A DNA stretch of 64,000 nucleotides from a candidate division WOR-3 bacterium (lineage in GTDB: Bacteria; SDB-A): positions 2,342 to 66,341 of the forward strand of contig JAFGSQ010000019.1 in the NCBI GenBank assembly GCA_016934535.1, written 5' to 3'. A program made the translations under genes and the position numbers. The notes under the pieces were generated by a model. That model had not been told where the DNA came from. It did no database searches and saw only the letters and a list, made by a program, of their open reading frames with translations. This document shows positions 46,101-55,244 of this stretch, piece after piece. Position 1 is the stretch's first letter. Each line of letters starts with the position of its first letter.

Positions 46101-48869
46101 TTATTCGGCTACGATTATCTTGCCAGAGAAAACGCTTTCCGAGGCTTCGAGCCTGAAGAAATACGTTCCGGCAGATACTTCGTCGCCGTTAGTGTCCCTG
46201 CCCTGCCACACGAGATTGTGCGCACCGGCTCCGACATTGCTGTAATTATCCAATGTAACTGTTCTTCCCGTCACGTCGTAAACCGTGAACCTGACGTTCG
46301 ACGACATAGGAAGATTGAACTCTACCCTTAGCTCGCCTCTGAAGATGTTCGAAGACACGAGTTTAGCCGTGAAGACTTCCGAAATCTCTCCGGGAACTTC
46401 TTCTATGTAGTTGAAAGAATTCGTGTGCAAACATCCGAATGCGGCAGAATAAGGAGTGTATCCGCCGGCGGCGAATATAAGACCCTCAGCCATGTCCGTG
46501 AATGAAGTGTCCACCCAAGCTGCGCATCCGCCGACGTTCGATCTTCCCGGGCCGAACATGTTGGGCATCTGAACCCAGCCGTCTGAAGTCCTGTATCTCC
46601 AGCAGTCATTGACATAGGTTGTACCGTAACCGCCGTACAGATAAAGTGCGTCGCCGAGATCGGCGTAACCGCATCTGTAACGAATTCCTCCGGGGCAGTC
46701 CGTTGCCGCCGACCATGTTATCGTCGTGGGTGTGACAGGGTCTATCACTCCGAAAAGTGAAGTCGCCACGTAAGCAGCTCCCGAACGTCCGCATGATATA
46801 AACAGCGTGTCATTGCCAAGATAAGCTGCTGCCCCTGACATCCACGTCGCGGGTAATGCTGTTCCGTCGGTGATCGTCAAAGTATTTATATCGAAAACCT
46901 GAACGTAATTTACCTCAGTCCAGGATCCATTGTCTCCTCCGCCCATGATGTATATGAGCTCTCTGCCTTCATCGAGCGCGCACATCGCGTCGTTGACAGG
47001 ATGGTTCAAAGCGACTGTGTTCGTGTAGAAAGTGTCTCCGTCGCAGTCGTATATCATTATATGAGTGGGGCTCGACCATGATCCGATGAGATATATCTTA
47101 TTCTCATACGATATGCATCCGCCGTAATGTTTCGGATACGGCATCGTGACAGGTCCTGACCATGTCTTCGTCCCGTAGTCGAAAGAATACATTATTGTGT
47201 TCTGAGCCGCCGGATTTCCGCCGAAAACGTGGATAATCGCGTTACCGGTCACTCCATCCCATTCCCAGCCTACGAGCGGTCCGCTGATGGCTACCGCCAT
47301 GTCAGTCAGAACTTCCCAGAACACCGCAGTGCAGACAGTCGTTCCGACGGCAGTGTCGTTGGCGGGATTAACGTCGCCTGCAAGAAGCGTCGCCATCGTC
47401 ATTGTGTATGTCTGACCGTCCTGCATAGCGACCTGTCCAAAGTCGAGCGTGTCACGTCCCCCTATAAGCGTCGTCGCGTTGACAGTCGTGTCGAGAACGA
47501 CGGCGTCAGTAAGGTCTGTCACAACGCAGTGGACGTCGAACGTCTCATCAAATCCACCGAAGTTTCTGACTACACCGATAATGTCCTGGTTCGAAGGAGC
47601 GACTGTCGCTGCTGGTGACAAAAAGTCGACGCTGGCGACATCATGGAAAGTGACGGGAGGAAGTACGACGGGTCCTATGTTGTCAAAAACGCCGTACCAA
47701 GCGTAAGAAGAAGAATCGCTGTAATATATTCCCATCTGAAGAGTGTCAAAAGTCAGCCATGCCGAAACGTCAGCTGAATCCCATCTCGAGGGGACGTCCA
47801 CTCCGTTGGGGTAGTAGTAAATAGTGTCCCATGCGCCCCAAGAAGTTCCGTTGTGGCCTCTCATGATGAGATAAAGTCTTTCGTTCGCGCTTATAAAATT
47901 GAAAGCTATTCCCCATTTGAGCCATCCGCCGGGGACGTCTGTAAATACAGGAGATACGGCAGTGTCGCGTATATCCACACCAGAACCTGCTGCGTCCGAA
48001 TCTACCCAAAGAGAAGAATCGCCGTGATCGGGAGTTACCCAGGTTGTTCCGTTTTCATTCCAGCCCCTGACTGACCAGCCTGCCGGCCATGGATTGCCTG
48101 TGTGAGTCCATCCCTGCCAGCCATCTTCGAAGTCCCAAGTTGTTCCTGAAGAAGCTTCTTCTCCGTAGAGAATGAATCCGGCTTCGGAACCTGCATAGCC
48201 CTGGGCACTGGCTGAAGTCCACTTCACTATTCCGAGAAGAACAAAACACTGATACCATTCCTGGCCGTTGCCTATGCCGACAGATGTCTGCCAGCCGGTC
48301 TGGCCGTTGGCCGCAAATGAAGTCGAAGGCTGTACAACCAGCCACCATCTGCCGGCGGGAATCTGAAATCCGAGACCCGTCATGTCAAGGGTGACCTGAT
48401 AGGGACCGGAACCATAAGCCGTGTAATTGGCCGCTTCGACTATGACAGTCTGAGAAGGATTCATCTTCGGCATTGTCAATGTTCCGCTGTCCTCGTATAG
48501 CATAACGCGGAAATTGGGAACGAGAGCCCACGAAGAAAATCCGTTCCAGTTAGCCCAGTATGTGTGTATCGAATCTATGTTCCATGTTCCATCGCTGTTG
48601 TTTTCGACATCGTCAGCCAGCTCCGAAACGAAAGGATAAACCGAGTCCAACTGACAGGACATGCCTGCGCCCGCGACAGAGTCGGGAATCTGAGACCACA
48701 ATACGGCTCTGTTGCCTGTAAATTCCATTCTTGTTCCGTATGTCGAGACACCCGGAGATGACACGGTCATTGTGCGGATGTTTCCGCTGTTGTCCTGATC
48801 CGCATTCGACGCGAACAAACACGCCGATGCGAGCATTGCTGTCAGGGCCAATACTGTTAGCCTTTTCAT
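46101..48869 (-). CDS. Large secreted Kelch/beta-propeller protein with a T9SS-type C-terminal sorting domain
   Basis: ATG at 48869 after AAAGGAGG (MKRLTVLALTAMLASACLFA). The N-terminal domain is shared with the 45899 gene. The central Kelch-like propeller is about 80% identical to the 49171 gene, and the C-terminal sorting domain is identical. Confidence 0.7.
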   Translation of the reverse strand: MKRLTVLALTAMLASACLFASNADQDNSGNIRTMTVSSPGVSTYGTRMEFTGNRAVLWSQIPDSVAGAGMSCQLDSVYPFVSELADDVENNSDGTWNIDSIHTYWANWNGFSSWALVPNFRVMLYEDSGTLTMPKMNPSQTVIVEAANYTAYGSGPYQVTLDMTGLGFQIPAGRWWLVVQPSTSFAANGQTGWQTSVGIGNGQEWYQCFVLLGIVKWTSASAQGYAGSEAGFILYGEEASSGTTWDFEDGWQGWTHTGNPWPAGWSVRGWNENGTTWVTPDHGDSSLWVDSDAAGSGVDIRDTAVSPVFTDVPGGWLKWGIAFNFISANERLYLIMRGHNGTSWGAWDTIYYYPNGVDVPSRWDSADVSAWLTFDTLQMGIYYSDSSSYAWYGVFDNIGPVVLPPVTFHDVASVDFLSPAATVAPSNQDIIGVVRNFGGFDETFDVHCVVTDLTDAVVLDTTVNATTLIGGRDTLDFGQVAMQDGQTYTMTMATLLAGDVNPANDTAVGTTVCTAVFWEVLTDMAVAISGPLVGWEWDGVTGNAIIHVFGGNPAAQNTIMYSFDYGTKTWSGPVTMPYPKHYGGCISYENKIYLIGSWSSPTHIMIYDCDGDTFYTNTVALNHPVNDAMCALDEGRELIYIMGGGDNGSWTEVNYVQVFDINTLTITDGTALPATWMSGAAAYLGNDTLFISCGRSGAAYVATSLFGVIDPVTPTTITWSAATDCPGGIRYRCGYADLGDALYLYGGYGTTYVNDCWRYRTSDGWVQMPNMFGPGRSNVGGCAAWVDTSFTDMAEGLIFAAGGYTPYSAAFGCLHTNSFNYIEEVPGEISEVFTAKLVSSNIFRGELRVEFNLPMSSNVRFTVYDVTGRTVTLDNYSNVGAGAHNLVWQGRDTNGDEVSAGTYFFRLEASESVFSGKIIVAE

Positions 48870-49120
48870 CAGCAAACCTCCTTTGATTTGGTTAAAAATC
48901 GGGCGATCGGACGACCGCCATTGCAAAAAAACACTTTTGCCATAGAACCATAATTTAACCATTTATTATTGTTCAAGTCAAATATTCTTCAATGATTACT
49001 TTTCGAACTTTTTTACAATGCCCGTCAAGTAGTCCACGCCAATAAATGATAAAATTTTGATCTCATAAATTTTCTTCACATTCTCACTAGACGGGTTTCA
49101 GCACATCTACGAAAATGAGT

Positions 49121-49150
49121 AAAAAAAGGGCGGGAAATCCCGCCCTTTTT
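49121..49150 (-). terminator. Rho-independent terminator downstream of the 49171 gene
   Basis: aaaaaaagggcgggaaatcccgcccttttt, located 20 nt after the stop codon. Confidence 0.7.
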
Positions 49151-49170
49151 CATCAATGAGTAGAAAAAAC

Positions 49171-51093
49171 TTACTCAGCTACGATTATCTTGCCAGAGAA
49201 AACGCTTTCCGAGGCTTCGAGCCTGAAGAAATATGTCCCGGCAGATACTTCGTCGCCGTTTGTGTCTCTGCCTTGCCACACGAGATTATGAGCGCCGGCT
49301 CCGACATTGCTGTAATTATCCAGAGTTATTGTTCTTCCCGTCACGTCGAATACCATGAAGTTGACGTCCGTAGTCGCAGGAAGATTGAATTCAATTCTGA
49401 ATTCTCCGTTAAATACGGAAGACACGATATTGGCTTCGAAGACATCGGATATCTCTCCGGGAGTCTCCTCGATGTAGTTGCATGTAATCCCCGTGTGAAG
49501 GCATCCGAACGCAGCAGAATATGGAGTGTATCCACCAGCAGCAAAAATCAATCCTTCAGCCAGGTCTGTGTATGAAGTGTCAATCCACGCCGCACATCCG
49601 CCGACATTCGATCTTCCGGGTCCGAACATGTCGGGCATCTGCTGCCAGCCGTCTGCAGTACTGTATCTCCAGCAGTCGGACACGTACGTCGAACCGTAAC
49701 CGCCGAAAAGATAAAGCGCGTCGTCCAAATCAGCGTAACCGCACCTGTAACGGATTCCTCCGGGACAGTCCGTCCCTGCAGTCCACGTTATCGTCGTGGG
49801 CGTGCCGGCATCGATCGTTCCGATGTACGAAGTCGCTACGTATCCGCCAGATTCGTATCCGGATGAAACAAACAGCGAATTGCCGCCCAAATAAGCCGCA
49901 GCACCTGACATCCTCGCTGTCGGGAAAGGAGTACCGCTTGCAAGTGTCAGGGCGTTTATGTCGAATACCTGAACGTAGTTCGTCATCGTCCATGAACCGT
50001 TGCTTCCTCCGCCGATGATGTATATGAGTTCCCTGTCTTCGTCAAGCGCGCACATGGCATCGTTGACCGGATTTATAAGAGCTATAGTGTTGGTGTAGAA
50101 AGTATCTCCGTCGCAGTCGTATATCATTATGTGCGTCGGACTCGACCACGAACCGATTAGATAGATCTTGTTCTCGTAAGATATGCATCCGCCGTAATGT
50201 TTGGGATAAGGCATCGTGACAGGTCCCGACCAAGTCTTCGTCGCGTAGTCGAACGAGTACAGAAGGTTGTTCTGCGCCGCCGGATTTCCGCCGAACACGT
50301 GGATTATCGGATGACCGCTGCCGTCTATTCCCCAGCCTACGAGCGGTCCGCTCTTGGCTTCGGGTATGTCTGTCAGTACTTCCCAGAAAGTGTCGGGAGG
50401 AACTACTCCGGCGATTGTGTCTATTTGCACATCGTCGATCGCACAGTCAGCGCCGTCGTTGTGGACGTTGTGGAAACTGATTATGAGGTTGTTACCGGCA
50501 TAAGCGTCGAGGTTCAAAGTTGCCTGGTACCATGTCCAGTTTTCCCACGGCCATACTCCGCCTGAATTGACGACATCCGCCGAGTCTCCTAACGTCCAGA
50601 GCTGGGTCCAGTTTGAACCGGCGTCGGTGCTGACTTCGACAAAAAGATCGCCGTTGTCATTAGGATCCACGAACCAATAGTAGCTGGCGTCCCACCAGAA
50701 TGAAAGGGTGCAGTTTGTCGCAGATGTCAGGTTAAGACTCATGGTGTTAAGCCTGACGTCTACCGTGTAGCCCCAGCCGACCAAAGCCGCAGAAGAGCCT
50801 GTATGCTGATAGCTTGTGGAAAGATGCCAGTAACAGGGGGTTGTTCCACCCATTGTTCCGCTCGTAATTGTTGTGTCCCACCCTGTCGGAGGCACTGCTG
50901 TTTCAAAGCCTTCGGCCAGCATTACTCCGAAAGGAGAAAACGCAGAGGAATGAGTGCCGGAACTGAGCGTTGCAGGCATTGTCTTGCTGTCGATAGCAAT
51001 GCCCTCCTGAATCTGTAACGGTGCGAAATCCGCTGAAGCGAATATGGCGGCCGACAGCAGAGCAAAAGCACAGAAAAAAAGTACTTTCTTCAC
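49171..51093 (-). CDS. Secreted Kelch/beta-propeller protein with a MAM/choice-of-anchor-like N-terminal domain and a T9SS-type C-terminal sorting domain
   Basis: GTG start at 51093, 7 nt after AAAGGAGG (VKKVLFFCAFALLSAAIFA). It ends RLEASESVFSGKIIVAE, identical to the 46101 gene. Confidence 0.7.
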   Translation of the reverse strand: MKKVLFFCAFALLSAAIFASADFAPLQIQEGIAIDSKTMPATLSSGTHSSAFSPFGVMLAEGFETAVPPTGWDTTITSGTMGGTTPCYWHLSTSYQHTGSSAALVGWGYTVDVRLNTMSLNLTSATNCTLSFWWDASYYWFVDPNDNGDLFVEVSTDAGSNWTQLWTLGDSADVVNSGGVWPWENWTWYQATLNLDAYAGNNLIISFHNVHNDGADCAIDDVQIDTIAGVVPPDTFWEVLTDIPEAKSGPLVGWGIDGSGHPIIHVFGGNPAAQNNLLYSFDYATKTWSGPVTMPYPKHYGGCISYENKIYLIGSWSSPTHIMIYDCDGDTFYTNTIALINPVNDAMCALDEDRELIYIIGGGSNGSWTMTNYVQVFDINALTLASGTPFPTARMSGAAAYLGGNSLFVSSGYESGGYVATSYIGTIDAGTPTTITWTAGTDCPGGIRYRCGYADLDDALYLFGGYGSTYVSDCWRYSTADGWQQMPDMFGPGRSNVGGCAAWIDTSYTDLAEGLIFAAGGYTPYSAAFGCLHTGITCNYIEETPGEISDVFEANIVSSVFNGEFRIEFNLPATTDVNFMVFDVTGRTITLDNYSNVGAGAHNLVWQGRDTNGDEVSAGTYFFRLEASESVFSGKIIVAE

Positions 51094-51163
51094 ACTAACC
51101 TCCTTTAATTGGTTAAAACAGAACAATCACTATTACATAAACCGCTTATGCAATAGAACCTTC

Positions 51164-51192
51164 ATTAAACCACTTTTTGTTCACTAAGTCAA
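51164..51192 (-). promoter_or_regulatory. Candidate promoter TTGACT-N17-TTTAAT for the 51093 gene
   Basis: On the minus strand, TTGACT lies at 51192-51187 and TTTAAT at 51169-51164. The downstream leader (GGTTCTATtGCA) is conserved with the leader of the 48869 gene. Confidence 0.35.
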
Positions 51193-51217
51193 ACAATTCT
51201 GTATAAATAACACTATT

Positions 51218-52009
51218 TTACCTTCTCGCCCTTCCGGCGAGCCCCATTTTGCTTTCTGACCCAATAAACGAGAGGAGATTTTCTATCTCAGGAATTTTCC
51301 TGCACTCCTCTTCTATCTTTTTCACTCTGTCGTCGAAAAGAGGAATTTTACCCGAGAATAAAAAACCGTAAGCCTTCTTGAGCTCCTCTAATGTCTCTTT
51401 CTTGAAATTTGCCCTTCTCAGAGCGACGAGATTGAGCCCCAGCATGCCTATGGGTTCTCCCACCGCTTTTCCGTATGGCAGAACGTCTTTGTTTATTCTG
51501 TAGCCTCCGCCTACGAAAGAAAATCGTCCTATCCTCGTGAACTGGTGAATCGGACAGAGTCCGCTGATGAAAACGTTGTCTTCGACGACTACATGCCCCG
51601 AAAGCGCCGATTCGTTTGCTATCGTTATATTGTCTCCCAAAAGGCAGTCGTGGGCTATGTGGACAAACCCCATAATGAAACATCCGCTGCCTATGACTGT
51701 TTTTTTGTATCCGAGATTCGTACCCCGGTGAACCGTGACATATTCCCTGAGGACGTTGTTGTTCCCGATAACAGTCAGGCAACCCTCTCCCGGATCCTTG
51801 AGGTGTTGGGGATTTCCTCCGATGAGACAGCCTTTGCCTATCTGGCAGTTACTTCCTATCTTTGTTCCGGGCATTATCTCGGCGCAGGAACCTATGTACG
51901 TGTTGTCTCCTATTTCAACACCCTCGTGTATTATAGCAAAAGGCGATATATCAGCATCTTTTCCCAGGACTGCTTGTTTCGAGACTATTGCCGTTTCGTG
52001 AATTTTCAT
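51218..52009 (-). CDS. lpxA: Acyl-ACP--UDP-N-acetylglucosamine O-acyltransferase
   Basis: Left-handed beta-helix hexapeptide repeats from the N-terminus [27 protein letters not shown]...; 263 aa. Confidence 0.9.
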   Translation of the reverse strand: MKIHETAIVSKQAVLGKDADISPFAIIHEGVEIGDNTYIGSCAEIMPGTKIGSNCQIGKGCLIGGNPQHLKDPGEGCLTVIGNNNVLREYVTVHRGTNLGYKKTVIGSGCFIMGFVHIAHDCLLGDNITIANESALSGHVVVEDNVFISGLCPIHQFTRIGRFSFVGGGYRINKDVLPYGKAVGEPIGMLGLNLVALRRANFKKETLEELKKAYGFLFSGKIPLFDDRVKKIEEECRKIPEIENLLSFIGSESKMGLAGRARR

Positions 52010-52449
52010 CTGTCCGCCAGTTTAGCTTTTAAAACACCTTCACAGGCGAGCTCTCCTTCTACTGTGCTTCTGGCCTTCATCACGCATACCCCGTGCCTGT
52101 AGCTTTCGAGGTAAAGTTCGTGCCGGAGAGTATCACCCGGGACGACGGCTCTCCTGAACTTTACAGCGTCTATTCCGAGAAAAAGAAGTATCTTTCTATC
52201 GGGATTTTCCACTTTTCTAAGTAGCAGAAATCCGCCGGTCTGAGCCATTGATTCCACTATGAGAACTCCGGGCATGATGGGATTGCCGGGAAAATGACCC
52301 TGGAAAAAAGGTTCGTTCATTGTGACGTTCTTTATTCCGACGACCCTGTCGTCTGAAATCTCAATTATCCTGTCTACGAGCAAGAACGGATACCTGTGAG
52401 GTATCAGCCTCATAATTTCCTCAATTTTCAGCGAGTTCTGATCAGGCAT
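52006..52449 (-). CDS. fabZ: 3-hydroxyacyl-ACP dehydratase
   Basis: Start MPDQNS... after GAAAGGAGG. Hot-dog motifs [13 protein letters not shown] and [13 protein letters not shown]. Confidence 0.9.
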   Translation of the reverse strand: MPDQNSLKIEEIMRLIPHRYPFLLVDRIIEISDDRVVGIKNVTMNEPFFQGHFPGNPIMPGVLIVESMAQTGGFLLLRKVENPDRKILLFLGIDAVKFRRAVVPGDTLRHELYLESYRHGVCVMKARSTVEGELACEGVLKAKLADR

Positions 52450-53293
52450 CTTTCCCCTCCTTTCGGCCGTTATATGATAGAGACAGTTTTTGAACAAAAT
52501 CAAGATGTAACGAGTGTCCCGGACAAAACGCGAAAATTCTTCCTCTCAGTTTTTTCGGAAAAAGCATGAGGTCTCCGAGAAAATCGAGGGCTTTGTGCGC
52601 ACAGAGTTCGTCTTCGACCCTGAAAGAGCAGCCCTCCAGTAATTTTCCATGTTTTCCGACTACGAGCGCGTTCTCGAGGGATCCCCCGTTGATGAGGCCG
52701 CGCTCTCTGAGAGAGTCCAACCAGCTTTCGAAAGCAAAAGTCCTGGCCCCAGCGATTCTTGTTCCCAAGTCTTTTGAGAAGGCGTCGAATGTGAGATGTT
52801 CGCAATTGACTCCCTCTTCGGGGAACGATATCAATACTGTTATCACAAGGCTTTCTTCTCGCCAGGGTGCGAAAAGAATCTCGGAAAAACCTTTTTTTAC
52901 GTAAACAGGCATTTCTTCTTCATATTCGTCTCTGAAATTTTTCGTGTCTTTTGTTCCGGACCCGTTAATAGCTTCGACAAAGGGAAGAGCGCTTCCATCG
53001 AGAAATGGTACCTCTTCACCCACGACTTCAATTCTCACATCCGTAATACCGGTAATAAAGAAAGCAGACATGACGTGTTCTATCACCTCTATCTGCGTAC
53101 TTTTACCTTTCAGCGCCGTACATCTTCTAGACGAGTCCGCATTTTGCGGAAGCGCTTTAATTTCCTCACCTCTGGAAAAAAAAACTATCCCTCCGTCATC
53201 GGATGGCAAGATTTTCAAACTGCATTTTCCGCCATTGTGAAGACCGGTCCCAGAGATTTTTATCGTTTCTTTAAGCGTTCTTCTATTAGTCAA
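52442..53293 (-). CDS. lpxC: UDP-3-O-acyl-N-acetylglucosamine deacetylase
   Basis: N-terminus [22 protein letters not shown]; 283 aa; two-domain LpxC fold motifs. Confidence 0.9.
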   Translation of the reverse strand: MTNRRTLKETIKISGTGLHNGGKCSLKILPSDDGGIVFFSRGEEIKALPQNADSSRRCTALKGKSTQIEVIEHVMSAFFITGITDVRIEVVGEEVPFLDGSALPFVEAINGSGTKDTKNFRDEYEEEMPVYVKKGFSEILFAPWREESLVITVLISFPEEGVNCEHLTFDAFSKDLGTRIAGARTFAFESWLDSLRERGLINGGSLENALVVGKHGKLLEGCSFRVEDELCAHKALDFLGDLMLFPKKLRGRIFAFCPGHSLHLDFVQKLSLSYNGRKEGKDA

Positions 53294-54272
53294 GTTTCCT
53301 CAATTTTTTAGCCATCTGAGGTAGGAATTTCAAAGAAGCTATCACTCTCCTTGCCAGGGATATGTCCATGGCAGGTATCCAAAGATATACCGCACCGTCC
53401 GGAACGTTTCCGGAAACTCCGCTCTTTGCCATTATGACGGCATTTTTCCCGATTTTGGCGTGATCCGCGATACCTACCTGCCCTGCCATCATAGTTCCGG
53501 ATCCGACTTCGACGCTGCCGCTTATACCTGTCTGTGATGCTATGAGACAGTTTTCTCCTATGCTGACGTTATGTCCGACCTGTACGAGATTATCAATTTT
53601 CGTCCCTTTTCCCACTACTGTTTCGTCGAGCATTGCCCTGTCTACTACGGCATTGGCGCCAATTTCCACGTCATCCTCAATGATTACCCTTCCTATCTGA
53701 GGTATTTTTATCGCTTTCCCGCTTTCACGAAGATATCCGAAACCGTCGCTCCCGATGACGGTTCCCGGATGAACGATGACCCTGTTGCCGATAGAACAGT
53801 TCCTCAAAACAGTGACGTTAGGATAAATGGTGCAATCTGAACCGATTTGAGAGGATTCGCCGACATAACAGTTGGCGCTGATGACCGTGTTGTTGCCGAT
53901 GACGGCATTATCCGAGATGACTACGTTTGGTCCGACCGATACACTGTCGCCCAAAACAGCGTCTTTTGATATCACGGCCGTCGGATGGATTCCTTTGTCC
54001 GTATTGATTACAGCGAAAAACTCTCTCATGACCCTGACGAAAGAAAGATAGGGATTCTCGGCCTCAATTCCTTTTTCAAGACCAAGACCCGGCATGCAAA
54101 TTATCGCCGCCCCTTTTTCCGAGGCTTTGGCCAATTCATTTTCGTCTTTTTTGTCAAGGAAAGTCAGAGAACCTTTTCCTGCTTTTACGATAGAGGAAAG
54201 TATTTGTATCTCAAAATCCGGATCTCCGATTAACTTGCCGCCTGCTATTGCAGCGGCTGAAGAAAGTTTCAA
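53286..54272 (-). CDS. lpxD: UDP-3-O-(3-hydroxyacyl)glucosamine N-acyltransferase
   Basis: N-terminal domain followed by extensive hexapeptide repeats; 328 aa; positioned between skp and fabZ. Confidence 0.9.
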   Translation of the reverse strand: MKLSSAAAIAGGKLIGDPDFEIQILSSIVKAGKGSLTFLDKKDENELAKASEKGAAIICMPGLGLEKGIEAENPYLSFVRVMREFFAVINTDKGIHPTAVISKDAVLGDSVSVGPNVVISDNAVIGNNTVISANCYVGESSQIGSDCTIYPNVTVLRNCSIGNRVIVHPGTVIGSDGFGYLRESGKAIKIPQIGRVIIEDDVEIGANAVVDRAMLDETVVGKGTKIDNLVQVGHNVSIGENCLIASQTGISGSVEVGSGTMMAGQVGIADHAKIGKNAVIMAKSGVSGNVPDGAVYLWIPAMDISLARRVIASLKFLPQMAKKLRKLD

Positions 54273-54284
54273 GTGTTCCCCCTT

Positions 54285-55229
54285 CTACAGCTCTGTCGCA
54301 ATGTCCGACACAAGGAGCTCTACGGCTCTTTCGAGGTTCTCTGATTTTTCGAAATTCTGCTCTACGGCGAGTAATTCTCTAAAAAGCTCCGCAGAATAAA
54401 GGAAAAGCTTTAAATTGTACTGTTCCCCGGTTTGAGTTATCTGCCCCCTGACAATGTAATCGGCGCCAAGGAAAGAAGCGAGCGCGGCGAGCTGGGATTC
54501 TGTTACTGATTCTATAGAAGTAATCGCGTTCTGGGTCATCCCCTGGGACACGTCGTCTCCTTTGGACATCTCTACGTTTGCAATGTTCATAAGAGCCGTA
54601 TTGACCATTGAGGAAGCCGTCAAAGCTATACCTGACGCTCTGGCGTCGGCTGTAGTTGCCACGACAGATAAAAACGCAAGTATTGTCTTTTCTGCCTCCG
54701 TTGTGTCGACGACGGTAATGTATTCGGCGTTGAGTCTCGTAAGTATTTCGGATGTAATGTCAAGTCCGGGTTCAGCGTAAAGTATGACTCCCGACGAGAC
54801 GTCCAAAACAACGGAGAGATTCTTTAATTCCGAGACTTCTTCTATGGTCCTGTTTATCTGAGCCACTGGAGATTCCGTCAATTCTTCGGTTTTGTTTTTC
54901 AACAAACCGTCCTCTCCCCACACAGATTGAATAAAAGACTCGTAATCAGTCTTTTTTTGATTTATGAGATCCCTCCTGCGGGCGATCTCTTCCTCGGAGA
55001 GTGTCACGGCTTCAGTTTCAAGTTCGGATTGAAGAGTCAGCCATTCCCTCTTTTTTGTTTCGGCTTCGTTCGTCCAGTTGTTTTCAAGTATCTGAAGCTG
55101 GGATCTTAGATCGTTCATCGCCGTATACTCTCTGAAAATCCTCTCTATGTCCACGTATCCGATTTCTCCGGCCGACAAAGTCCCGTAAAGAAAAAACGCG
55201 ACAAATAATTTGAAAATTGCTTTTTTCAT
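54285..55229 (-). CDS. skp: OmpH/Skp-family periplasmic chaperone with a roughly 140 aa C-terminal extension
   Basis: Signal peptide MKKAIFKLFVAFFLYGTLSA, then a coiled-coil Skp region of about 170 aa (VVLDVSSGVILYA). Canonical bamA-skp-lpxD placement. An extra C-terminal domain of unknown function is present. Confidence 0.7.
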   Translation of the reverse strand: MKKAIFKLFVAFFLYGTLSAGEIGYVDIERIFREYTAMNDLRSQLQILENNWTNEAETKKREWLTLQSELETEAVTLSEEEIARRRDLINQKKTDYESFIQSVWGEDGLLKNKTEELTESPVAQINRTIEEVSELKNLSVVLDVSSGVILYAEPGLDITSEILTRLNAEYITVVDTTEAEKTILAFLSVVATTADARASGIALTASSMVNTALMNIANVEMSKGDDVSQGMTQNAITSIESVTESQLAALASFLGADYIVRGQITQTGEQYNLKLFLYSAELFRELLAVEQNFEKSENLERAVELLVSDIATEL

Positions 55230-55244
55230 TCAAGCGCCCCTTGC

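Noticed and set aside
45957-46331. Plus-strand ORFs (also 49156-49575) antisense to the 3' ends of the secreted-protein genes, both encoding ...GYDYLARENAFRGFEPEEI...
   Set aside because: These are mirror-frame artefacts of the nearly identical C-terminal sorting-domain coding sequence on the minus strand. The same 'protein' appears wherever that DNA block recurs.
51348-52102. Overlapping ORFs of 144-185 aa in alternative frames across lpxA/fabZ
   Set aside because: lpxA and fabZ are unambiguous, and these are shadow ORFs.
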